Position numbers and translations under genes: made by a program. From Candidatus Zixiibacteriota bacterium (GTDB taxonomy: Bacteria > Zixibacteria > MSB-5A5 > UBA10806 > 4484-95): a DNA stretch of 57,793 bases. Below, piece after piece: positions 9,420 to 19,221 of the stretch; within the stretch, counting starts at the first letter, position 1, and each line of letters opens with the position of its first letter. The notes beneath the pieces were generated by a model, which searched no databases, was not told the origin of the DNA, and saw nothing but the letters and a program-made list of their open reading frames with translations. The stretch is taken from assembly GCA_029932605.1 (NCBI GenBank), contig JAOZPT010000007.1, positions 355 to 58,147 on the forward strand, written 5' to 3'.

Positions 9420-10279
9420 AGGGCTCCGCCTTTGCGGGAGATTAATTTCATCTGTAATAGCGAGAAAACCAGAATGATTACAAACAGTAAATAAGCGGCG
9501 GCCGAGGCGTAACCCATGTTAAATTTCTGCAAACCTTCGTCGAATACGAAATAAACCACGGTCGAAGTGGAACCGAGAGGGCCTCCCTTGGTCATGACAT
9601 AAATCTCGATAAATATCTGGAACGATCTGATAGTGTTTATCACCAGAACAAATAAAGTAATGGGTGTTAGCTGGGGAAGGGTTACCGATGAAAGCTTTCG
9701 CCAGAAACCGGCTCCATCGAGTTTGGCTGCTTCATTTATCTCGAGCGGGATGCTTTTTATTCCGGCTAAAAACAAAAGGACGTAATAGCCTATGGCCACC
9801 CAGATATCCATCACCATTATCGCTGGCAGGGCGGTTTTGGTTGAGAATAAATAGCCGTTTTCGGGTACGGGCAGTCCGGCCATTTTCCCTAAAAGATGCA
9901 AATATCCCCCTTTGGCATAAAGGCTGGAGAATATCAAGGCAATCACCACCATGGAGGTTATTGAGGGGATGAAGTAGCCGGCCTGGAATATCTTATGCCC
10001 GGGTATCTTTTCGGCTATCAGGACGGCTAAGATTAGAGCAATGGTGGTGGTAAAGGGTATGGTGCCAACCACGAAAAATAAGGTGTTTTTTAATGCCTGT
10101 AAAAATGAGGGGTCGGAGAAAAGTTTAACGTAATTGGATAATCCTGTAAATGAGATGCGACCGAATATTGAGTAGTCGGTGAAGGAAAGCCCAAATGAAT
10201 AGACGATTGGAAACGCCCAGAAGGTAAGAAGTATCAGAAGCCAGGGGGAGATTAAGATAAATGTGTTAAAATGTCTCAA
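9416..10279 (-). CDS. Carbohydrate ABC transporter permease (MalF/UgpA-like)
   Basis: EAAKLDGAG, MTKGGP and GYASAAA motifs. Confidence 0.9.
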   Translation of the reverse strand: MRHFNTFILISPWLLILLTFWAFPIVYSFGLSFTDYSIFGRISFTGLSNYVKLFSDPSFLQALKNTLFFVVGTIPFTTTIALILAVLIAEKIPGHKIFQAGYFIPSITSMVVIALIFSSLYAKGGYLHLLGKMAGLPVPENGYLFSTKTALPAIMVMDIWVAIGYYVLLFLAGIKSIPLEINEAAKLDGAGFWRKLSSVTLPQLTPITLFVLVINTIRSFQIFIEIYVMTKGGPLGSTSTVVYFVFDEGLQKFNMGYASAAAYLLFVIILVFSLLQMKLISRKGGAL

Positions 10280-11454
10280 TCTTTTAAAGTCTCATCGATT
10301 TTTGACTGTGCTTTTTTTATTGCCTCAGCTGGAGCCATCTGGCCAAGGGTGACCTGTTCAACCATGTTTTCGATAACTTTTTCTATGTAAATCCATCGCG
10401 GATGCACAGGTGTTGAGCGGGAATGATATAACTGATTATACGGGACATTATGTTCAGTTTGTTTATCCGGTAGTTGTTTTAGTCTATAAGGTGGTAAACC
10501 AAAGCCGACAGTTTTAATTAATGCTGTGATGTTCTCCCTTTTACTGATATAATCCATTAACATTCTGGCCGCTTTTTTATTTTTCGATTTTCTGGGAATG
10601 ACGAGATACTCTCCTCCGGAAAAGGATATACCAGACACAGAGTCGTTCTCGGGTATCATGGGGATCAACAAATACTTAAAAGATGGCGGGTTTTTCTCAA
10701 GCCGTTTTAAAAACCATCCACCGGTAAAGATGATTCCGATTTTGCCTTTACAGAAAGAATCCTCGAGATGTCGCTGGGTTTCGACCTGACCACACCGTGC
10801 AAGTTCTCCATAGAATTTTAACGCTCTTAATACTTCAGGGGTATCAAGTGAGATTTTACCGTCTTTTACTATGTCACCACCACAACTCCATACGAACGGT
10901 AGAAATTTTTTGTAAAGGCGGTGAGGTTCTGCAGAATTTGCACCAAATCCAGCTATGTCATCACCCAAACTGTCAATTTTTCTGCAAACCTCAAGCAGTT
11001 CCGGCCAGGTGTGTGGTACCCTTTCGTTAGCTTTATCCAATAAAGTTTTGTTTAAATAAAACCAGCGTGAGGCTAAAAACCAGGGGCGTGCATAGATCTT
11101 TCCCTTAAAAATGGCAGGTTCAACAAGCAACATGTTAGTGGTATCGATTTCGATAACTGATAGGGCGCCGGCAGCGGCAAACTCTGCTATCCAATCGGAG
11201 CCAAGCTCCAATAGGTCGGGAGGATTGTCCGCACCAAAAGCAACCATGATTTTCTGATGGCCGTCTGCCCAGGTCAAATCTGTGATATTGACTTTCCAGC
11301 CAGAATTTTCCCTTTCGAATTGACCGGTTATAGATTCTATGACAGGTTTAACTTCAGGATCGGTCCAGAACTGCCAGAATTCAATGGTTTTTTCCCGCCG
11401 CTGGTTCGAGCAGGTTATAAGTATCAAAGGTATAATGATAAACCATTTTCTCAT
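10276..11454 (-). CDS. Sugar ABC transporter substrate-binding lipoprotein
   Basis: Lipobox LITC; SBP_bac_1-like motifs PPDLLE, PHTWPEL, FSGGEYL. Confidence 0.85.
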   Translation of the reverse strand: MRKWFIIIPLILITCSNQRREKTIEFWQFWTDPEVKPVIESITGQFERENSGWKVNITDLTWADGHQKIMVAFGADNPPDLLELGSDWIAEFAAAGALSVIEIDTTNMLLVEPAIFKGKIYARPWFLASRWFYLNKTLLDKANERVPHTWPELLEVCRKIDSLGDDIAGFGANSAEPHRLYKKFLPFVWSCGGDIVKDGKISLDTPEVLRALKFYGELARCGQVETQRHLEDSFCKGKIGIIFTGGWFLKRLEKNPPSFKYLLIPMIPENDSVSGISFSGGEYLVIPRKSKNKKAARMLMDYISKRENITALIKTVGFGLPPYRLKQLPDKQTEHNVPYNQLYHSRSTPVHPRWIYIEKVIENMVEQVTLGQMAPAEAIKKAQSKIDETLKD

Positions 11455-11460
11455 GCTGGG

Positions 11461-11490
11461 ATTTTAGTTTAGAGATAAACGGTATGTCAA
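11461..11490 (-). promoter_or_regulatory. Sigma70-type promoter giving a probable leaderless transcript of the ABC operon
   Basis: Minus strand TTGACA-18 nt-TAAAAT, then 6 nt to the ATG at 11454; no Shine-Dalgarno. Confidence 0.55.
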
Positions 11491-11653
11491 GATGAATCAA
11501 GCGAACAGTTCTATGAGTATGATGATTTATTCTGTTGACAAAATTAAAATTAGTGCGCTTCATTATACGTGATATGGATAGATCGATTTGACCGTTTGGG
11601 ACTTGAATGTAGTAGTCGGACGTAAGGAATTTTATTAATTAGAGAGAGGCCAG

Positions 11654-12763
11654 TTGGAAAGGATTAAACTTTTATTCAGAATAGGTTACGTTTATCATAA
11701 GGCGGCTTTTGACCCCGTGATTGAACTGTTGTTGAAGAATGAAAAATATGATGTTTGGTTTTCTTTGGATTTGGAGAAGAAACGTAGATTTTTTATAGAT
11801 TTTCCGTATCGCGCCCCGATTATAGATGAATGGGAAAAGCTTGGATATCGTTTCAGGACCGATACGATGGGTTTTGACATTGTAATTACAGGGGATACTA
11901 TCCGAAATGCTAAAGATTACGGTAAAACACTTTTATGTTTTTTGAATCATGGAACAGGCATTAAAAATATTCTTTATAGAAATCTATTGAAAGTGCCAAA
12001 CGATAGATATCAGATTTTTGTAGAGGGTCAGCACCGTGTAGAATCCCTGATGAACTCTCCTTCGTTGGGTAAAAACGAGGTTCATCTGATAGGATTACCA
12101 AAACTGGACTTTTATTTTCAGGGCAGATTTAACGATAAGGAGAAGATTTTTAGAAAATGGGGTTTAGATCCTCGAAAGCCAACGGTTTTATTTGCGCCTA
12201 CTTACAAGCCAACATGTCTATACTCGATAAAAGATGATATATTTGAACAAACCAAGGATTATAATTTAATCATCAAACTGCATCCCTACAGCTGGATGGG
12301 GAAATATGCACCACACAGACAGCATCGAATATACGAAAAACGTGTAAAAAAGTATCCGCACAGCGTCCTTCTTCCTTTTGATGAGTATAATATCGTTCCT
12401 TATTATGCCATCTCTGATACATGCATCAGTGAAGCATCCAGTACAGTTTTCGATTTTCTTGCTTTAGGGAAAGTTGGTATTATATATGATTTACCATGCG
12501 ATAAATTGAAACACTCGGATGGCCAACCATTACTTGAAATAGACAATCGTGAATTTTTAAAAGGAGCATTTGTTCATATTGATTCGGGCAAAGATATAGG
12601 TAAGGCCATTGGCCTGGCTTTAGATCCCACCGATGATATGATAAGAATGGCTGATAGCTATCGTGATAAATATTTTTATATGTTGGACGGAAAAGCCTCT
12701 GAACGCCTTGTTGCAAAAATTGAAGAACTATATTATGAGGGTGGCCATGAAAACCTGCCTTAA
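11654..12763 (+). CDS. CDP-glycerol glycerophosphotransferase (TagB/TagF-like) family protein
   Basis: LNHG, GLPKLD, LFAPTY, KLHP and ISEASSTVFDF motifs. Confidence 0.8.
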   Translation: MERIKLLFRIGYVYHKAAFDPVIELLLKNEKYDVWFSLDLEKKRRFFIDFPYRAPIIDEWEKLGYRFRTDTMGFDIVITGDTIRNAKDYGKTLLCFLNHGTGIKNILYRNLLKVPNDRYQIFVEGQHRVESLMNSPSLGKNEVHLIGLPKLDFYFQGRFNDKEKIFRKWGLDPRKPTVLFAPTYKPTCLYSIKDDIFEQTKDYNLIIKLHPYSWMGKYAPHRQHRIYEKRVKKYPHSVLLPFDEYNIVPYYAISDTCISEASSTVFDFLALGKVGIIYDLPCDKLKHSDGQPLLEIDNREFLKGAFVHIDSGKDIGKAIGLALDPTDDMIRMADSYRDKYFYMLDGKASERLVAKIEELYYEGGHENLP

Positions 12764-12781
12764 GATAAAAAGAGATGAAAT

Positions 12782-13489
12782 ATGAAAGCTGTTGTTATAG
12801 CGGCTGGAATTGGTAGTCGGATATTAAAGGAAACGGATAATATTCCAAAAACCTTATTGCCATATGGCAACGGCACTATTCTATCCACGATATTGAAAAA
12901 CATTTATCAGGTCGGTATTCGTAATTTTATTATCGTAGTTGGATACCAGTCTAGATATATTAAGGATTACCTGAAGAAAAATAATTATTTTGGATACGAT
13001 ATAACATTTATTGAAAACCCACGGTGGAGAGAAGGCAATGGTATCTCCGTTTTAATTACCGAGCCAGAAGTTTCTAAGGAGGATTTTCTTCTCTCAATGT
13101 CGGATCATATTGTTTCTTTTGGTGCCTTGAAAAGAGTGGCCGATTATAAAAGCGCTAAGAACCTTTTGCTGGTTGACCCTCAAACAGAAGGGATTTTCGA
13201 TATCGATGATGCTACTAAAGTTTTATTCGATAACAGTCGCATAGTTGATATTGGTAAAAATATCTCTCAATTTAATGGTATAGATTGTGGAATTTTTAGA
13301 TTAACCAATCGTTTTTTTGAGGCCATGAGGGAGGTATTGAAGGCGGATTGCGATTCGATTAGTGCAGCTGTCAATATTTTAATAAAAAACAAGGATATGG
13401 AGGCAGTTTTTATTGAGCAAAACGAAAGCTGGATCGATATTGACACTTACCAGGCATATCAATATTGTTTAAATAACATTAAGTTTTAG
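12782..13489 (+). CDS. NTP transferase / cytidylyltransferase (IPCT/LicC-like)
   Basis: AAGIGSRI...PKTL, MSDH, GIDCGIF, WIDIDT. Confidence 0.8.
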   Translation: MKAVVIAAGIGSRILKETDNIPKTLLPYGNGTILSTILKNIYQVGIRNFIIVVGYQSRYIKDYLKKNNYFGYDITFIENPRWREGNGISVLITEPEVSKEDFLLSMSDHIVSFGALKRVADYKSAKNLLLVDPQTEGIFDIDDATKVLFDNSRIVDIGKNISQFNGIDCGIFRLTNRFFEAMREVLKADCDSISAAVNILIKNKDMEAVFIEQNESWIDIDTYQAYQYCLNNIKF

Positions 13490-13681
13490 AAATAATAATT
13501 ATATCGTTTATATGAGGGTTAGTGATGGCTACCAAATAGTATGCTCCTGCCTATAAAACGGCATTTTGTAATCAAAAGGGGCATTGGTAACACAAGGACG
13601 GAATTATTTTGAAGTTGCTTATTTATAGTCTATTCATTATGCGATATGAACGTTTGTTTTAGAAAATCCGGCTTTTTTCTA

Positions 13682-13710
13682 TTGACCTTGAATTTGCAGA
13701 AAATTATAAT
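13682..13710 (+). promoter_or_regulatory. Sigma70 promoter of the mevalonate operon
   Basis: TTGACC-17 nt-TATAAT upstream of fni. Confidence 0.65.
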
Positions 13711-13802
13711 AATTTAATTGAGTGAAGGAGATTGAAAGCGAAGTATCTTGTTAAAAGAGTTATATTGTATTTATTGAGGTTAGTTTAAGCAAAATTTGAA
13801 GA

Positions 13803-14924
13803 ATGGATGATAAAAAGCGTAATTTGTCTGAGAAACGTTGGCGCCCTGATACGTTGATATCGCAACGAAAAAGCGAACATTTGCAAATAGTGGCTGACCA
13901 TGATGTCGCTCATTGCGGAAACACTCTTCTTGATAATATCCATCTTTTACACCAGGCTCTACCTGAGTTAGATTCTGATGAAATCGATCTTTCACTCGAG
14001 TTTTTCTCTAAAAAAATTAATGCTCCATTTATAATAACCAGTATGACTGGCGGAGCCGAGTTTGCCAGGGAAATGAATTGTTCCTTTGCTAATTCAGCTC
14101 AGAAGGAGGGAGTAGCTTTTGCCGTTGGTAGTCAGCGGGTAATGCTTCATCATCCTGAAGTCGCCTCTGATTTTACAGTCCGCCAGCATATCCCCGATGG
14201 CGTTCTTCTGGGTAATATCGGTGCGGTTCAGCTAAGTGAGTATCCACCTGAGGTGATTGCCAGATTGGTCGAGTCTATTGAGGCTGATGGTATTTGTGTT
14301 CACCTCAATGTCGCCCAGGAACTGATGCAAAAAGAGGGACATCGTCATTTTCGGGGTTTACTTGATAAAATAGCCTATCTTGTTGATTATTTGGAGGGAC
14401 GTGTTCTGGTTAAGGAAACCGGTGCTGGAATGTCACCTGAAATGCTTGGAAAGTTATCATCTATAGGCGTTTCTTATATTGATGTTTCCGGCTCGGGTGG
14501 AACATCCTTCACCAAAGTTGAGATGCATCGTGCCCCCGATATGGATTTGCGCCGGCTAGCGGAAACTTTTGCGGACTGGGGTGTACCGACAGCAGTTAGT
14601 GTGATTGGTGCCCGGCGTATTTTTAAAGATAGGGCATGTCTCGTAGCCTCGGGAGGCATCGCAACCGGTCTTGATGCCGCTCGTGCTATTGCCGCTGGAG
14701 CTGATATGGTTGGTTTTGCCCGGCCTGCTTTATATGCTTTTCTCAAAAAAGGAACTGATGGAGTGACAGCTCTTATAAAATGTTTTAAGCAAGAATTGAA
14801 GACAGCCATGCTTTTAACAGGTTCTAAAAATGTGACCGCATTGCAGCGGGCAGCTCGTGTTTATACAGGGGAACTACACCAATGGCTTTCAGCCTATGGT
14901 TGGCTTGATGAGGGAAAACAATGA
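13803..14924 (+). CDS. fni: Type 2 (FMN-dependent) isopentenyl-diphosphate isomerase
   Basis: RKSEH, SMTGG, GSQR, HLNVAQE, KETG and GGTS motifs. Confidence 0.92.
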   Translation: MDDKKRNLSEKRWRPDTLISQRKSEHLQIVADHDVAHCGNTLLDNIHLLHQALPELDSDEIDLSLEFFSKKINAPFIITSMTGGAEFAREMNCSFANSAQKEGVAFAVGSQRVMLHHPEVASDFTVRQHIPDGVLLGNIGAVQLSEYPPEVIARLVESIEADGICVHLNVAQELMQKEGHRHFRGLLDKIAYLVDYLEGRVLVKETGAGMSPEMLGKLSSIGVSYIDVSGSGGTSFTKVEMHRAPDMDLRRLAETFADWGVPTAVSVIGARRIFKDRACLVASGGIATGLDAARAIAAGADMVGFARPALYAFLKKGTDGVTALIKCFKQELKTAMLLTGSKNVTALQRAARVYTGELHQWLSAYGWLDEGKQ

Positions 14925-17221
14925 AAATAAAAAAAACTAAGTTTAAAGAATCTGGATATGTTTCTGATAATAACCTGAAAACTTCACGAATCCCTGGATT
15001 TTATCGTTTGTCGGTTGAGCAACGGCTGGCTTTTTTAGCACGAAGTTTTAATCTTTCCGATGAACAGATTACGGAATTACGAAACGGTAATACGCTTAGA
15101 ATTGAAAATGCGGTAAACTTAGTTGAGAACGCAATCGGGATTTTTAGTTTACCTCTTGGGCTGGGGTTGAATTTTTTCATTGATGGTCGTGAACATCTCG
15201 TGCCTATGGCTATAGAGGAACCATCTATTATTGCGGCGGCTTCAAAAGCGGCATTGATGATTCGCAAAGGCGGGGGATTCACGACCAAGATAGATAAACC
15301 GATAATGATAGGCCAGATTCAGATTCTTGACCTGAACAATCCTGATTCTGCTGAAAAAGCCTTACATTTAAATAAAGATAAGATTATCAACCAAGCAAAC
15401 CTTGTCCATCCACGGATGGTTGCCCGCGGTGGAGGTGTATTCGATATCGAAACGCGGATCCTCGATGGAGCTGAAGGCATTGGCCCAATGTTGATAGTTC
15501 ATCTTCTTTTTGATGTTAGAGAGGCGATGGGAGCCAATATTGTCAACTCGGCCTGTGAGGTTGTCGGGCCAGTTATAGAGAAAATTACTGGAGGACGTGT
15601 AAATCTGCGGATTCTTTCGAATCTGGCTAACAAAAGGCTGGCTCGGGCTGAGTTTACCCTATCTTTTGAGCATCTTGCCACAAAGGAACTGAGCGGAGAA
15701 CAGGTAGCTAAACGTATTATCGAGACAAACCGCTTAGCTTTAATAGATCCATACAGAGCATCTACAAACAATAAAGGTATTTTCAATGGTATTTGTGCAG
15801 TGGCGCTAGCTCTTGGCCAGGATTGGAGAGCAATCGAAGCTGGTGGCCATGCCTATGCTGCCCGGAACGGTCAGTATCAAAGCCTGACGACTTACACCAT
15901 TAAAAATAACTCTTTGCACGGTAAAATTGAGTTACCGCTTCAAGTTGGTTGGGTAGGGGGAGTTATCAACTCCCATCCGGGGGTAAAAACATTGCGTATA
16001 ATTAGTGGCATACAGAATTCTCAGCAATTAGCGAGTGTACTTGCAGCAGTCGGTCTTGGACAGAATTTTGCCGCCTGCCATGCACTAAGCACGGTTGGTA
16101 TCCAAAAAGGACATATGGCCCTGCATGCCAGAAGTGTAGCTATAAGTGTTGGTGTCCCCGCTGATGAGGTTGAGAGAGTAGCTGATGAGATGATACGCCG
16201 TGGCGAGGTTAAAATTGCTGCGGCCGAAGAGATTTATCATGGCATGCAAAGATTACCGAAGCAAAAGGTAAGAAGGTTACCGATAGAGGCTTATGCTCCT
16301 GGTAAGGTGGTGTTATTCGGTGAGCATGCTACTGTATATAACTACCCTGGTATAACATCCGCTATTGATATTGGACTTAAGGTTCACATCAGCTATGACC
16401 CTGACGGTCCTCGTTTTATAAAACCTAAATATAGGCAGGTTTTTCCAATTCCTGGGTCGGATAGAGATGTTCGAGTTTTTTCAAAGGCTGTGGAATTAGC
16501 GCTGGTGATGTATGGTCTCCAAAAGGAACCAATTGCTATTGAAGTAGATTCCGACCTTGTTCCCGGTATGGGCTTGGGTTCATCTGCTGCTTTTTCTGTT
16601 GCATTATGTTCTGCTTTGAAACGCTACAAGCGTATTAACCTTCCACAACATTTCAATAACGGCTTATTTGAGGATGTTCAACGGCTTGAATCAATATTCC
16701 ATGGTCACCCCAGTGGAATGGATGCGGCAACCGTTTTATCTAAAGGTGTTCTCTGGTTTCGCAAGGGCCCACCTCGTGAAATTTTGCCTATACGGATGCC
16801 ATGTACGTTGGCCGGTTTTGTTTGTTTGGTTGAACCTGGAGCTTCTACTATTGAGATTGTTCAACGAGTAAGAAAATCCCGACAGCGCGACCCGGGTCTC
16901 ATTGATAGTATCCTTGATGAAATTGGAAGCCTTACCGTTGATGCAGGTATTGCTCTTGGTACAGGCGATAGTGTGGAATTGGGCCGCTTGATGTTTAAAA
17001 ACCATGAACTTTTAGCCCGTCTTGGTGTTTCGACACCTGCATTGGATCGGGCGGTAGAAAATCTGCTTGACCATGGTGTCCTGGGTTCGAAATTGACGGG
17101 AAGTGGAGGTGGCGGTGCTGTGATTGCTCTTGTCAAACCGGAGACACAATATGAGCTCATGCAGGAGTTGGAAAGTGAATTCGCTGAGATATTACCTTTC
17201 ACTTTGGGATCATCTGTGTGA
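14921..17221 (+). CDS. Class II HMG-CoA reductase fused to mevalonate kinase
   Basis: N-half has PMAIEEPS, EAMGAN, NNKGIFNG, IQKGHMALH. C-half has GHMP motifs PGKVVLFGEHA, GMGLGSSAA, HGHPSGMD, KLTGSGGGG. Confidence 0.92.
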   Translation: MKIKKTKFKESGYVSDNNLKTSRIPGFYRLSVEQRLAFLARSFNLSDEQITELRNGNTLRIENAVNLVENAIGIFSLPLGLGLNFFIDGREHLVPMAIEEPSIIAAASKAALMIRKGGGFTTKIDKPIMIGQIQILDLNNPDSAEKALHLNKDKIINQANLVHPRMVARGGGVFDIETRILDGAEGIGPMLIVHLLFDVREAMGANIVNSACEVVGPVIEKITGGRVNLRILSNLANKRLARAEFTLSFEHLATKELSGEQVAKRIIETNRLALIDPYRASTNNKGIFNGICAVALALGQDWRAIEAGGHAYAARNGQYQSLTTYTIKNNSLHGKIELPLQVGWVGGVINSHPGVKTLRIISGIQNSQQLASVLAAVGLGQNFAACHALSTVGIQKGHMALHARSVAISVGVPADEVERVADEMIRRGEVKIAAAEEIYHGMQRLPKQKVRRLPIEAYAPGKVVLFGEHATVYNYPGITSAIDIGLKVHISYDPDGPRFIKPKYRQVFPIPGSDRDVRVFSKAVELALVMYGLQKEPIAIEVDSDLVPGMGLGSSAAFSVALCSALKRYKRINLPQHFNNGLFEDVQRLESIFHGHPSGMDAATVLSKGVLWFRKGPPREILPIRMPCTLAGFVCLVEPGASTIEIVQRVRKSRQRDPGLIDSILDEIGSLTVDAGIALGTGDSVELGRLMFKNHELLARLGVSTPALDRAVENLLDHGVLGSKLTGSGGGGAVIALVKPETQYELMQELESEFAEILPFTLGSSV

Positions 17222-18189
17222 TAGAAAAGGTAACAGCCCGTGCATTTGCTAACATAGCGTTAGTAAAATATTGGGGAAAACAACCTGGTTTTAATAACGT
17301 TCCAGCAACCCCGTCAATCTCTCTTGCCCTTGAGTCACTTAAAACTATAACAGAAGTCGAGCGTATTAGAAGCGGAAAAGACAGTTTTTTTTTAAACGGA
17401 AGTATTGTCAGTAAGGTGATATATCGTAGATTGGTTGAGTATCTTGACTTCTGGCGCAACAATAAACTCATAGATGGTAAATTTATTATACGGTCACATA
17501 ATAATTTTCCCACAGGAGCTGGGCTTGCCTCCAGTTCATCAGGTTTTGCAGCTTTGACTGTAGCTTTAAGCGCTTTTTCAAGACGAAAAATCAGTAAACA
17601 CCAGCTCTCAAGGTTTGCTCGAAGAGGCAGTGGTTCGGCGGCGCGCTCGATTGTAGGGGGTCTGTCTGCTTTACCGATTGGAGCTGACCCTGCTGCAAGA
17701 TTGCTCTTGTCTGGTGATGAAGTGCCGTGGGGTATGGTAGTGATTGAAGTCGAAGGAAGAACAAAAAAGATAGGTTCACGAGAGGGAATGGAACTTTGTC
17801 GACGGTATAGCCCCTATTATCGCCAATGGATTACACTGGCTAATAAAGATTATAGGAAGATGCTGTCAGCTTTGCGGCGGTTGGATTTCTCAAGGGTTGG
17901 CGAGGTAGCCGAGGCGAATGCTTTAGCCATGCATGCCTGTATGTTTGCCAGCAGACCGGCTCTTGTTTACTGGAGTCCCGCTACCATTGAAATTATTAAT
18001 TCTGTCTGGCAATGGCGTGTCGATGGACTGGAGACATATTTTACCATAGATGCCGGCTCCAATGTGGTTTTACTATGCAAGCAAGAGGATCTAAAAGAAG
18101 CCATCAGGCGCGCCAGCCGGTTGAAGAATGTAAGGTCCGCTATTAAAAGCCTCCCCGGTGGTCCAGCGGAGATTATCGAGTTATCATGA
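17218..18189 (+). CDS. mvaD: Diphosphomevalonate decarboxylase
   Basis: NIALVKYWGK, GLASSSSGFAAL, GSGSAARS, FTIDAG. Confidence 0.93.
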   Translation: MIEKVTARAFANIALVKYWGKQPGFNNVPATPSISLALESLKTITEVERIRSGKDSFFLNGSIVSKVIYRRLVEYLDFWRNNKLIDGKFIIRSHNNFPTGAGLASSSSGFAALTVALSAFSRRKISKHQLSRFARRGSGSAARSIVGGLSALPIGADPAARLLLSGDEVPWGMVVIEVEGRTKKIGSREGMELCRRYSPYYRQWITLANKDYRKMLSALRRLDFSRVGEVAEANALAMHACMFASRPALVYWSPATIEIINSVWQWRVDGLETYFTIDAGSNVVLLCKQEDLKEAIRRASRLKNVRSAIKSLPGGPAEIIELS

Positions 18190-19124
18190 AGAAAGTCCGT
18201 ATTCCCGGTAAAGTGATGCTGTCGGGTGAATATGCGGTTTTATATGGAGGGACAGCAGTCTTAGTGCCGGTGCCACGTTTCCTGGAGATAACTGAAATCT
18301 CCAATGCACCAGAAAAACCGTATCCCAGAGTGGTGAATGTTGGTTTGGAATACAAAATTACTGAGACAACCGACTATGAGTCGAAACATGGTCTTCCCAA
18401 CCTTAAAATAGATAATCGTGAATTTTATTCAGAGGATACTGATGGTAAATTAACCAAACTTGGGCTTGGTTTATCAGCGGCTGAGGCGGTAGGAGTTGTG
18501 GTTATAAGATATAAACGTGCAGGTATAACTGTAGCCGAACACAAAACCGATATTACCAGATACGGAATGGATATCCATCGTAAAGCACAATCAGGATTTG
18601 GCAGTGGAGCGGATGTGGCTTTATGCGTTTATGGGGAACCAATTAGATTTTGTAATATTGACAACGATTTTCACATTGAATTAATAAGTGATGACAATCA
18701 GATCAATATCATGCCAATTACGCTTGCCTGGACAGGTCAACCAGCTGATACGAGAGGACTTGTCCAGCGTTTTCAAATCTGGGTTAAAAAAGGAGGAAAC
18801 AAAACCAAGAAGATCGTCTCTCATCTTGTCGAGATAAGCAACCAATTAGGGAAAGCCTGGTTTTTTGCCTCAATTCAGGATTTATTCATCTTGCTTGATG
18901 AATTTAATTCTATTATGGAGCATATAGCCAACAAGGCTCAAATACCGTATAAACTTCCCATACATGGAAAAATCGAAAACTGGGCAAGGAAACATGGAGG
19001 ATACGCTAAACCAACCGGCGCTGGTGGTGGGGATATGATATTGATTATAGGTGACTTACCGTTTCACGAATTGAAACAGGTGCTCATTCCCCTGAAATTG
19101 GGAGGCTCATTTTCTGAGGTTTGA
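18186..19124 (+). CDS. Phosphomevalonate kinase (GHMP family)
   Basis: PGKVMLSGEYAVL, KLGLGLSAA, GSGADVA, KPTGAGGGD; operon context. Confidence 0.8.
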   Translation: MKKVRIPGKVMLSGEYAVLYGGTAVLVPVPRFLEITEISNAPEKPYPRVVNVGLEYKITETTDYESKHGLPNLKIDNREFYSEDTDGKLTKLGLGLSAAEAVGVVVIRYKRAGITVAEHKTDITRYGMDIHRKAQSGFGSGADVALCVYGEPIRFCNIDNDFHIELISDDNQINIMPITLAWTGQPADTRGLVQRFQIWVKKGGNKTKKIVSHLVEISNQLGKAWFFASIQDLFILLDEFNSIMEHIANKAQIPYKLPIHGKIENWARKHGGYAKPTGAGGGDMILIIGDLPFHELKQVLIPLKLGGSFSEV

Positions 19125-19221
19125 ATTTCTTATTGAATTAGTTCGATGAATAGATTTCGTGAAGTACAAAATATGGAAGTATTGTAATACTTTCCTGCTG
19201 AAAGTTATCGGACGTTATTTA

